From an uncultured Chloroflexia bacterium (GTDB taxonomy: Bacteria; Chloroflexota; Limnocylindria; Limnocylindrales; CSP1-4): a stretch of DNA of 64,000 nucleotides. The notes under the pieces were generated by a model. That model did not search any database and was not told the origin of the DNA. It saw only the letters and a program-made list of their open reading frames with translations. Below, in pieces: positions 10,559 to 21,491 of this stretch. The DNA lies in contig CAVVJT010000007.1 of the NCBI GenBank assembly GCA_963748625.1, positions 768,001 through 832,000 of the forward strand, written 5' to 3'. Made by a program: the position numbers and the translations under genes. Position 1 is the first letter of the stretch. Every line of letters begins with the position of its first letter.

Positions 10559-11524
10559 ATGACCATCACCGACTGGCTCTTGGACGCGGACCCATCGATC
10601 CGCTGGCAGACGCTGGCAGACCTGCTCGACGCGCCGGCCCAGGTCGTGGCCGCCGAGCGCGCCCGCGTGGCGTCGGAGGGCTGGGGCGCTCGGATCCTCG
10701 CCCTCCAGGGTGACGACGGCCTCTGGGCGGGCGGGGCCCTGTTCCCCGGCAAGGACGGCGAGCCGCTGCCGTGGCGCCGCGAGGACGGGCAGCCGTGGAC
10801 AGCGACGGCCTACAGCCTGCAGATGCTCGTTGACCTGGGGGTCGATCCGCGCGATCCGCGCGTCAGCCTCGCCGTGGACCGCGTCCGCGAGGCGGCGCAC
10901 TGGGAGCACGACGGCCAGCCCTTCTTCGAGGGTGAGGTCGAGCCGTGCATCAACGGCATGGTCGTGCTGCTGGGCGCGGTCTTCGGCGTGGACGTGGGCG
11001 GCGTCGTGGACCGGCTGGTCGTGGAGCAGCTCCCGGACGGCGGCTGGAACTGCGAGGCGGAGAACGGGTCAGTGCGCGGTTCGTTCCACTCGACGATCCG
11101 GGTCCTGGAGGGGCTGCTCGCCTGGGAGCGCGCACGCGGCGCTGGTACCGGCGGCAACCCGGTGGTCACGGCCGCCCGACGGCGCGGCGAGGAGTACCTG
11201 CTGGCGCGCCACCTCTTCCGGCGGGCGTCCACCGGGGAGGTGATCGATCCCGCGTTCCTGCAGCTCTCGTTCCCCACCCGCTGGCACTACGACCTGCTAC
11301 GGGGCCTGGAGCACTTCCGCGCCGCCGACGAGCACCCTGACCCTCGCCTGGAGGAGGCGATCGGGATGCTGCGCTCCAGGCAGCAGCCGGATGGCACGTG
11401 GCTGCTCGAGAACACGCACAAGGGCGCGATCCACTTCGCGATGGAGGAGGGCGACGGCCACCCGAGCCGCTGGAACACGTTGCGGGCGCTGCGGGTCCTG
11501 CGCTGGTTCGACGGTCCGGGCTGA
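10559..11524 (+). CDS. Prenyltransferase/squalene-cyclase-repeat-like conserved protein
   Basis: QW-like repeats QGDDGLW, QLPDGGWNC, QQPDGTW; DPSIRWQ; PSRWNTLRAL. Confidence 0.75.
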   Translation: MTITDWLLDADPSIRWQTLADLLDAPAQVVAAERARVASEGWGARILALQGDDGLWAGGALFPGKDGEPLPWRREDGQPWTATAYSLQMLVDLGVDPRDPRVSLAVDRVREAAHWEHDGQPFFEGEVEPCINGMVVLLGAVFGVDVGGVVDRLVVEQLPDGGWNCEAENGSVRGSFHSTIRVLEGLLAWERARGAGTGGNPVVTAARRRGEEYLLARHLFRRASTGEVIDPAFLQLSFPTRWHYDLLRGLEHFRAADEHPDPRLEEAIGMLRSRQQPDGTWLLENTHKGAIHFAMEEGDGHPSRWNTLRALRVLRWFDGPG

Positions 11525-11553
11525 GGCGCCGTCCATCCCGACCGCGGTCGGGC

Positions 11554-11778
11554 TCAGGAGGCCGTCACCCAGCGTCGGCCGCAGAACGAGCAGAAGTCCT
11601 TGCCCGGCGCCTGCGGCAGCCCGCAGGACGCGCACTCGAGCCACCCGGCGAGCGCGTCGGTCTCGGGCAGGCAGGCGCAAGGTCCTGTCCGCCGGACCGT
11701 GCCGTCGTCATCGACCACGACGCCGTCGGGAGCGCATCCATCCACGGCGCCCGGGTCCTCGCGTGCCTCAGCGGTCAT
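11554..11778 (-). CDS. Small Cys-rich zinc-ribbon protein
   Basis: AGGAGG RBS upstream; CASC and CSFC pairs plus CAC. Confidence 0.6.
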   Translation of the reverse strand: MTAEAREDPGAVDGCAPDGVVVDDDGTVRRTGPCACLPETDALAGWLECASCGLPQAPGKDFCSFCGRRWVTAS

Positions 11779-11843
11779 CGGCCCACCCTCCTGTCGAACG
11801 GCGGCTGTCGCACCCGCGCGCCCGATGCCGTAGCGTACCGCCC

Positions 11844-14191
<2,348 letters not shown>

Positions 14192-14195
<4 letters not shown>

Positions 14196-15232
14196 AGATC
14201 AGGAGCGAGGACATCGACCCGGCGTTGCGCTCCCGCGTGCGCCTGGCGCGTTTCCTGTCACGGCCGAACCGCAGCGAAGCGAACCTGCGGAAGCGCGGCC
14301 GGCTGGCGGGGCTTGCGGGGCTGGCACGACATCTTCCCGGACCGCGGGGGCTGCGTGTCGAGGAGCGGTGGGTCGAGCGGCCTGATGGCTCGCGGCTGCG
14401 GCTCAAGGTCTATCGAGCGGCCGGGCCAGCGGGCGGCCTTCCGTCCGCGGCAGGTGCGGCCGGTGCGGGGTCCTCGACCTCGGCCGGCGCGCCCGGCATC
14501 CTCTGGCTCCACGGCGGCGGCTACGTCCTGGGCTCGCCCGAGCAGGACGGCTCCTCGTACGGCCGACTCGTCGAGGCCACCGGCGGCGTGATCGTCGCCC
14601 CCGCCTACCGGCTCGCGCCCGAGGCGCCCTACCCCGCCGCCCTCGATGACTGCGCGCTCGCCCTGCGCTGGCTGTGCGACAACGCTCCGGCCCTTGGCGT
14701 GCGGGACGACCAGCTCGCCGTCGCGGGCAACAGCGCCGGTGGCGGGCTGGCCGCGGCGCTCACTCTGCGCGAACGCGACCTCGGCGAGGTGGCGATCGCC
14801 TTCCAGATGCCGCTCTACCCGATGCTCGACGATCGCTGCGCGACCGAGTCTGCGCGGGACAACGATGGCCCGGTCTGGGACACCGTGACCAACCGCAGCG
14901 CGTGGAAGGTGTACCTGGGCGACCTCTACGGGACTGGCGACGTGCCGCCGTACGCGGCCCCGGCCCGCGCCACCGATCTCGGCGGGCTCCCGCCCGCGTT
15001 CACCTACGTGGGCTCCGTGGAGGCGTTCCGGGACGAGGTCGTCGCGTACGTGGAGGGCTTGCGGGCGGCGGGTGTCCCCGTCACATTCGAGGTCGTGCCC
15101 GGCTGCTACCACGGGTTCGATGTCGTCGCACCGGGTGCCCCGGTCAGCCGGCGCATGCTCGACGCGCAGTCGGCCTGGCTCCGGATGGCGGTCGAGACGT
15201 GGTTCGCCCCTCAGCCTGGGCGCGCCAGCTGA
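14192..15232 (+). CDS. Alpha/beta hydrolase, HSL-family esterase
   Basis: HGGG, YRLAPE, GNSAGG, HGFD motifs; GTGA overlap with upstream gene. Confidence 0.9.
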
Positions 15233-15358
15233 GCCTTCGGGGCCGGTAGCGCGCACCTCGCGGGCGGATGGCGGTTGGCTCCCGAATAGGTCCCACCCGG
15301 CGCGAAGATGAGAATCGGCGGCGGCGAGCGGACCACCGCCATCGTCGAGCCGACCGCG

Positions 15359-15838
15359 TCAGGCGGCGGCGCCCTGCAGGCGCAGGCACTGGTCCACGCG
15401 CAGCGCCTTGAACATGCTCTGGTCGCTCGGGGTGAAATGCTCGGCGACCGTCTCCATCGGGATGAGCTCCGGCCGCTCAACCCGGAACGTCGCACCCTCG
15501 TGGACCAGCTCGGCCGAACCTGCGGCCAGCACGTTGCGCAGCCACTGGGCGCGCGTCCCATAGGGCAGCGCGATCAGGTATGCACCACCGTCTGTCACGA
15601 CGCCCACCGGCGTCTCGTAGTCGGTCCCGGACGTGCGGCCGCGGTGGCGGATGATCGAGGCGTAGGCGCCGGGCGTCCCCGCGGTGCGCATCTGGCGCGG
15701 GTTCATGAACCGCTTGCTCATGGCGATGATCGGCCCCAGGACGAGGCCGGACTTCGCCCGCCAGCCGACCACGAACAGGCCCCCCAGGACGGCGAGGGTG
15801 ACGACGACCGCTGCGATGGCGGAGAGGAGCTGCGGCAT
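15359..15838 (-). CDS. Deazaflavin (F420)-dependent nitroreductase-family oxidoreductase
   Basis: HRGRTSG..Y.TPV and PYG..AQWLRNVLAAG motifs. Confidence 0.85.
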   Translation of the reverse strand: MPQLLSAIAAVVVTLAVLGGLFVVGWRAKSGLVLGPIIAMSKRFMNPRQMRTAGTPGAYASIIRHRGRTSGTDYETPVGVVTDGGAYLIALPYGTRAQWLRNVLAAGSAELVHEGATFRVERPELIPMETVAEHFTPSDQSMFKALRVDQCLRLQGAAA

Positions 15839-15882
15839 GGGTGATGTCTCCCTGAGGATCGTTGCGCCGGATCGGGATGATC

Positions 15883-15930
15883 GGCTTACACTGTAAGCCC
15901 TAGACTATGACTACACTGTAAGCCTGTCAA
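15883..15930 (-). promoter_or_regulatory. Sigma70-type promoter overlapped by two TetR operator-like palindromes
   Basis: Perfect palindrome ggcttaca-c-tgtaagcc at 15883-15899 and near copy at 15909-15924; minus strand TTGACA-17 nt-TAGTCT. Confidence 0.8.
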
Positions 15931-15999
15931 GCCCCATTCCACCCGCGAGGTGCCGCCGATGCCGATGCCTAAGCCGAAGCCACCTGCCGACGGCGCCGC

Positions 16000-16641
16000 G
16001 TGGTGACCCCGAGGCCACCGCTGACCCGGGAGCGCGTGCTGCAGGCCGCGCTCGCGATGGCGGACGAGGGCGGCGTCGAGGCCGTCTCGATGCGTCGTGT
16101 GGGCCAGGCCCTGGGCGTCGAGGCGATGTCCCTCTACAAGCACGTGGAGGACAAGGAGGCCATCCTCGACGGCATCGCGGACCTCGTCACGGAGGAGATG
16201 GAGGTTCCCTCGCCGGACCTCCCCTGGCGCGATGCCATCCGCACGAGCGCGATCTCCGCGCACAAGGCCCTGCGCCGGCATCCTTGGGCGGGTTCCGTCC
16301 TGGAGTCGAGGTTGAATCCAGGGCCTGCTCGCCTGCGCTACCTCGACGCGATGGTCGGCACGCTGCTTGGCGCCGGCTTCGACACGCCGACGGTCGCGCG
16401 GGCCTTCATGGCGCTCGACAGCCACACGTATGGCTTCACGATGCAGGAGCTCGCACTTCCCTTCGACGCGTCGAGCGCCCCCGCGGTCGCGGAGGACATG
16501 GCAGCTCGCGTCTTCGCCGACACCTTTCCGAACCTTGTCGCGATGGCGTCGCTGGCGGCATCCGGGGCGCAGATGCTCGACTTCGAGTTCGGATTGGACC
16601 TCCTCCTCGACGGCCTGGAGCGCCTCCGGCCGACGGACTGA
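16000..16641 (+). CDS. TetR/AcrR family regulator with TetR_C domain
   Basis: LTRERVL..A...ADEGG.EAVSMRRVG..LGVEAMSLYKHV HTH; FEFGLDLLLDGL C-terminus. Confidence 0.92.
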   Translation: MVTPRPPLTRERVLQAALAMADEGGVEAVSMRRVGQALGVEAMSLYKHVEDKEAILDGIADLVTEEMEVPSPDLPWRDAIRTSAISAHKALRRHPWAGSVLESRLNPGPARLRYLDAMVGTLLGAGFDTPTVARAFMALDSHTYGFTMQELALPFDASSAPAVAEDMAARVFADTFPNLVAMASLAASGAQMLDFEFGLDLLLDGLERLRPTD

Positions 16642-16956
16642 TCGAGGACCTGGGTCGCACGTATCAGCTGGCGCGGGCCACCAGGTCGGCGGCAGCCAGG
16701 CCTCGCCGCCGTCCTCGTTCCAGGCCCGATGGTCCGTTTCCACGGTCAGCCGCTCGCCGTCTGGGAGGAGCAGGTTCGAGCGGACGTAGCTGGTGATCAC
16801 CAGGGCACGGCACCCGTCCGGCCCGCGTGGCGGGACTATCCAGGATGTGGCGACGACGAACGCGCTCCCAGCGCGTAGAGTCCGCACCAACCGGAGGGCG
16901 GTGGCCGTGTCCCGGGCCTGCACCCGCCGGCGGACTGGACGATGGTGGAGGGTCTG

Positions 16957-17733
16957 ATGCGACTCGCTGACAAGGTGGCCGTGATCACCGGCACCGGCTC
17001 CGGTATGGGCCGCGCGATGGCCAACCTCTTCGCACAGGAAGGGGCGAAGGTCGTTGCGGCGGAATGGAACCAGGCGGCGCTCGACGAGGTGGTGGCCGAG
17101 GTCACGACCGCCGGCGGAACCATCACGGGCATCGCAGGCGACGTCTCGAACCGCGAGGATGACCAGCGGATCATCCAGACGGCGATCGACACGTACGGGC
17201 GGATCGACATCCTCTGCAACAACGCGGGGATCATGGACAACATGGCCGCCGCCGGCGACTTCGACGAGGCGACCTTGCACAAGGTCATGGCCGTGAATGC
17301 CTTCGGGCCGCTCTACCTGATCAACGCAGCGCTGCCCCACTTCCTCGCCGAGGGCAAGGGCGTCATCGTGAACACCGCGTCGCTGGCGGGCGTCGGCGGC
17401 GGGGCGGCGGGCGTCGTCTACACGATGAGCAAGCACGCCTGTGTGGGCCTCACGAAGAACGTGGCGTGGGCCTACGCGAAGTCCGGGATCCGCTGCAATG
17501 CGATGGCCGTCGGCGGCGTCAACACCGGGATCATGGCCAACACCGCGGGCAAGGTGGCGCCCCTCGACCCGACGTCGCTCGGACTGGGCCGCGCGATGGC
17601 GTACAGCGCGCTCGCCCCGGGCTTCGGCGAGCCGATCGACATCGCCAACCTCGCGCTCTTCCTGGCCTCGGACGAGTCGCGCTTCATGAACGGCGCAATC
17701 GTCCACATCGACGCGGGCTGGAGCGCCGCCTGA
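16957..17733 (+). CDS. SDR family oxidoreductase
   Basis: TGTGSGMG, NNAG, YTMSK catalytic motif. Confidence 0.92.
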   Translation: MRLADKVAVITGTGSGMGRAMANLFAQEGAKVVAAEWNQAALDEVVAEVTTAGGTITGIAGDVSNREDDQRIIQTAIDTYGRIDILCNNAGIMDNMAAAGDFDEATLHKVMAVNAFGPLYLINAALPHFLAEGKGVIVNTASLAGVGGGAAGVVYTMSKHACVGLTKNVAWAYAKSGIRCNAMAVGGVNTGIMANTAGKVAPLDPTSLGLGRAMAYSALAPGFGEPIDIANLALFLASDESRFMNGAIVHIDAGWSAA

Positions 17734-17797
17734 CCAACCGGCGGTGAGGGCGGCATTCCCGTCGCCCTCGCCGCCCTCGCGGTACAAGGAGCCGGTT

Positions 17798-18262
17798 GTG
17801 GCCTACCTCGTGGATTTCGCCAACGTCTCTGCGATCGGTCTGGAGTCGTCCCCGGTGGCACCCGCGCTCGCCGGCCTGCGCGCGAACGAGGCCCGCTACT
17901 TCAAGACCAAGTACGACCACGACTTCACCGTGGTGCCGGCGGACGATGCTCCCGAGACCGTCGCGTACGTCGCCCGCGTCCTGCGCGAGGAGCGGGGCCT
18001 GGTCATCGCGTCGCGCCCCCTCGAGGTCACCGAGTTCGTGGTCGATGGCGTCCGCTGGACCTACGTCTTCTACGAGAGCGGCCTCTCGATCAACGTCCTC
18101 TACACGCTCGAGGACGCGGGCAAGCGCGCCGTTGGCTTCAAGCTCTCCGACGGCATGGAGGTCCCAGACGAGCTGGCGCCGAAGTTCAAGTTCGTGCGCC
18201 AGAAGTCCAAGCTGGCGGGCACCATCCGGGGCTCGTACTTCGTGATCAAAGGCGAGTACTGA
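17798..18262 (+). CDS. Conserved hypothetical protein
   Basis: AAGGAG RBS with GTG start, typical codon usage; no catalytic motif recognised. Confidence 0.75.
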   Translation: MAYLVDFANVSAIGLESSPVAPALAGLRANEARYFKTKYDHDFTVVPADDAPETVAYVARVLREERGLVIASRPLEVTEFVVDGVRWTYVFYESGLSINVLYTLEDAGKRAVGFKLSDGMEVPDELAPKFKFVRQKSKLAGTIRGSYFVIKGEY

Positions 18263-18287
18263 CCCGCTGGGCCAGGTGATGGGCCGC

Positions 18288-19424
18288 TCACCAGCCCCCG
18301 AAGCTCGGCCAGACTGCCTCCACGGCTGGATCCGCGCCGCTGACGACCTGGTACTCCAGGTACTGGGCGGCCGTCGCGCACGCGTGGTTCGGCAGGATGC
18401 GCAGCCGCGTCCCGACCGGGAGATCCGGGAGTGACGCCTCGCTCCCCGGCCGCATGGCAAGGATGCCGTGCTCCTGGGTCGCGTCGACCATGCGCAGGTT
18501 CGAGAGCAGGGTGCCCTGCAGGTCCGTGACCAGCCCGTAGCCCTGGTCGACGGCCTGTAGTGCCGTGCCCCGGTCACGGGACATCGCCATCCAGCCGCCG
18601 TCGGTCATCACCCAGCCCTTGTCGCGGCGGTGGCCGATGACCGTCACCACCACGGAGAGGGCGAGGTCGTCCAGGCTGCAGACGCCGATGCCCGCCATGA
18701 CAAGGTCGAAGAAGACGAAGACCCCGGCGCGGACCTCCGTGATTCCGCCGGCGCCGGCGGGTGCGAATGCGGTCGGCGTGGAGCCGGCGCTGAGAACCGG
18801 ACACGGGAGCGACGCCGCCCGCAGGGCTTCCGCCGCGAGCGCGAGGGACCCCCGCTCAGTGTCGGCCGCCTGCCCTTGGGCCTCGGGGGTGGATGCGAAG
18901 TACGACTCGCCGGCATGGTCGAGCACGCCGCGCAGCTCCGCCCCGCCATCCTCGAGTGCCCGGCCGATCGCCACGAGCGAAGGGTCGGTAGACGGGATGC
19001 CACCACGGTGGCCGTCGCAGTCGATCTCGATCAGCGCGGGAATCCGCATCCCGGCCCGGCGCGACGCCTCGGCAACCGCGCCGGCCTGGGCCACGCTGTC
19101 GAGCAGGACAGCCAGGTCGACGCCCTGCCGGCGGAGGTCGACGACGCGGCCCAGCTTCTGCGGCGCGATCCCCACCGCGTAGACGATGTCGGCGTACCCG
19201 GCAGCCGCAAAGTGCTCGGCCTCGGCCAGCGTGGACACGGCGATGGGCCCGGGGCCGCTGGGGAAGACGCGTGCCGCCACGTCCAGCGACTTGGCGGTCT
19301 TGACGTGCAGCCGCAGCGGCACTCCCAAGGCGTCCAGGTGCTCACGGAGCCGGGCGATGTTGCAGTCGAGGCGCACCCGGTCCACGACGGCGAACGGCGT
19401 GATGGGATCGAGCAGGGTCGTCAT
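18288..19424 (-). CDS. DSD1-family fold-type III PLP enzyme (D-serine dehydratase / D-threonine aldolase-like)
   Basis: HVKTAK PLP lysine, GSTPT, EVRAG, QEHG, PNHAC motifs. Confidence 0.9.
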   Translation of the reverse strand: MTTLLDPITPFAVVDRVRLDCNIARLREHLDALGVPLRLHVKTAKSLDVAARVFPSGPGPIAVSTLAEAEHFAAAGYADIVYAVGIAPQKLGRVVDLRRQGVDLAVLLDSVAQAGAVAEASRRAGMRIPALIEIDCDGHRGGIPSTDPSLVAIGRALEDGGAELRGVLDHAGESYFASTPEAQGQAADTERGSLALAAEALRAASLPCPVLSAGSTPTAFAPAGAGGITEVRAGVFVFFDLVMAGIGVCSLDDLALSVVVTVIGHRRDKGWVMTDGGWMAMSRDRGTALQAVDQGYGLVTDLQGTLLSNLRMVDATQEHGILAMRPGSEASLPDLPVGTRLRILPNHACATAAQYLEYQVVSGADPAVEAVWPSFGGW

Positions 19425-19465
19425 CGCGCATCAGGATGCCACGCACGGAGCAGGCGAACGCCGCG

Positions 19466-19525
19466 GCAGGGTGTCGGACGTCGCCGCAGGGTGTCGGACG
19501 TCGCCGCAGGGTGTCGGAGCGTCGC
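19466..19525. repeat. 20-bp tandem repeat x3 between divergent genes
   Basis: gcagggtgtcggacgtcgcc twice, then a third imperfect copy. Confidence 0.85.
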
Positions 19526-19628
19526 GGCATGGCCGGGTCGATGCCCGGCCTGATCACGGCGGCACCCGGGCGGATGCCGATATGCTGGCAGCCCGGCACG
19601 CGCGTACCGAACCTGGCAGGAGCCTCCG

Positions 19629-20903
19629 ATGCCCGACCTCCCGGATCTGATCCCCCTCGACGTGGCGCAGGCCCACGTGCTCGACGGCGTCGTCCCACTT
19701 CCCTCGGAGACCGTCGCCCTCGAAGCGGCGGCAGGCCTGTGCCTTGCCGCGCCCGTCGCCTCCACGCTGACGGTCCCGTCATGGATCAACAGCGCGATGG
19801 ACGGGTTCGCGGTCCGCGGGGCGGACCTGGCGGGAGCCTCCCGGGCGACCCCCGTCGTGCTCCAGGTCCTGGGCGAGGTGGCCGCCGGCCGGCCGCCGGA
19901 GGGCGTCGTCACCGAGGGGACCGCGATCCGGATCATGACCGGCGCGATGCTCCCCGACGGCGCCGACACGGTGGTCCCGGTGGAGGACACGGACGCCCCT
20001 GCAGGTGCGTCGGACATCCCGGACCGGGTCTCGATCTACAGCGCCGTCCGGACGGGCGACCATGTCCGCCACCCCGGCAGCGACGTCCAGGCCGGTGCCC
20101 ACCTGCTCGACGCCGGACGCGCCTGCGATGCCGCGGCGATCGCGCTCCTGGCCGCCACCGGCAACGCCTCGGTCCTGGTGCACCGCCGGCCCCGGGTGGC
20201 CGTCATCTCCACCGGCGACGAGCTGGTCCCGCCCGGCGAGCCGCTGGGGCCGGGCCAGATCCACGACTCCAACTCGTTCACCCTCGCCGCCCAGGCCTCC
20301 GAGGCCGGCGCGGAGGTCCGCCGCCTGGGCGTCGCGCGCGACACCCTCGAGGACCTGCTGGGCCTGCTGCGCGAGGCGGTCGCCTGGGCCGACGTGGTGA
20401 TCCTGAGCGGCGGCGTCTCGGTGGGCGCCCACGATCACGTGAAGGCCGCTTTCGGCACCATGGGCGACCTCGCGCTGTGGCGCGTGGCGATCAAGCCGGG
20501 GCGGCCGTTCGCCTTCGGCAAGGCCTCGGTCGGCGACCGCACCGTCCGCCTGTTCGGCCTGCCGGGCAATCCGGTCAGCGTGTTCGTCACGTTCGAGCTG
20601 TTCGTGCGGCCGGTCCTGCGCACGCTTGCCGGGCACACCAGGGCCTTCGACCGCCCGGTCCGGATCGTCCGCCTGGCCGATCCCATGCGCGGGGCGTCGG
20701 GCCGCCAGAACATCAACCGGGTCGTCCTGGTGCCCGACCCCGAGCGCCCGGACGGCCTTCTCGCGAGGACGTCCGGCGGTCAGGACTCCTACATGCTGGG
20801 CTCGCTCTCGAGGGCTAACGCGATGGTCTTCGTGCCGCCGGACACGGACCTGCCGGCGGGCGCCGACATCACGGCGTGGGTGCTGCGCGGCCTCGACGGC
20901 TGA
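19629..20903 (+). CDS. moeA: Molybdopterin molybdo/tungstotransferase MoeA
   Basis: NSAMDGFAV, IMTGA, STGDEL, SGGVSVG, KPGRP, GLPGNPVS motifs. Confidence 0.95.
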   Translation: MPDLPDLIPLDVAQAHVLDGVVPLPSETVALEAAAGLCLAAPVASTLTVPSWINSAMDGFAVRGADLAGASRATPVVLQVLGEVAAGRPPEGVVTEGTAIRIMTGAMLPDGADTVVPVEDTDAPAGASDIPDRVSIYSAVRTGDHVRHPGSDVQAGAHLLDAGRACDAAAIALLAATGNASVLVHRRPRVAVISTGDELVPPGEPLGPGQIHDSNSFTLAAQASEAGAEVRRLGVARDTLEDLLGLLREAVAWADVVILSGGVSVGAHDHVKAAFGTMGDLALWRVAIKPGRPFAFGKASVGDRTVRLFGLPGNPVSVFVTFELFVRPVLRTLAGHTRAFDRPVRIVRLADPMRGASGRQNINRVVLVPDPERPDGLLARTSGGQDSYMLGSLSRANAMVFVPPDTDLPAGADITAWVLRGLDG

Positions 20904-20994
20904 CGTCGCCACAGCGCTCCAGCTGCGGGAACGGCGCGCCCGTTCTTGTGACGTGGCCGTCGTGGTCTCCGACGCCTCCGACCCCGGAGGCGAA

Positions 20995-21212
20995 CCTCAT
21001 CCCACAAGGATGGTTTGGCGAATCTATCCGTGCAGGGATGGAAATCGAGGCGGTGCGTGCAGGGCTCAGCCCCCGAAGTCGGGGGTCGGGGTCCGGCCTG
21101 TGCACGCCGGAGGCGATTCCTATCCGGAGGGGGCTTGTTCGCCGTTTCCACTTGGGCGAATGAAATCCGGGTCCGGGAGCGCAGCTGGGTCACCGGGAGC
21201 GCAGCTGGGTCA
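20995..21212. repeat. Intergenic degenerate palindromic repeat element, copy 2, followed by a 20-bp tandem duplication
   Basis: Blocks shared with 6461-6640; ccgggagcgcagctgggtca x2 at 21173-21212. Confidence 0.65.
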
Positions 21213-21254
21213 GTTGTGGAAGGTGAACTGCGCCGCTGCGGTGTGCGTGACCTC

Positions 21255-21491
21255 TCAGCCCCCGCTCGTCGGCGGGAAGCAGTCGACCCGGTCCGTGTCG
21301 GACACGACCAGACCGGGTTCGTCCACGCGCACGACCTCGCCGTTGAGGCCAAGCACCGCGATGTCGGCCACGGGCACGCCGATCAGCGCGAGCGCCTCGA
21401 CGAGGGGCATGCTCCGCTCAAGCGAGAACTCGAACCGGCTGCGCCTGCCGGGGCCGTAGAACCCGAGCTCCCCCCAGAGGTGGACCTTCAC
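21255..21491 (-). CDS. moaD: MoaD/ThiS family sulfur carrier
   Basis: 78 aa ending in FPPTSGG; GTGA-coupled to the AOR gene. Confidence 0.85.
   Translation of the reverse strand: MKVHLWGELGFYGPGRRSRFEFSLERSMPLVEALALIGVPVADIAVLGLNGEVVRVDEPGLVVSDTDRVDCFPPTSGG

Noticed and set aside
16645-16900. Possible minus-strand gene remnant between TetR and SDR
   Set aside because: Coding-like stretch without a start, RBS or recognisable family; cannot be supported.
17798-18262. Phage-related gene or prophage remnant
   Set aside because: No phage structural, packaging or integrase genes are nearby; treated as a conserved hypothetical protein.
19466-19525. Mini CRISPR array
   Set aside because: Contiguous tandem units with no unique spacers.
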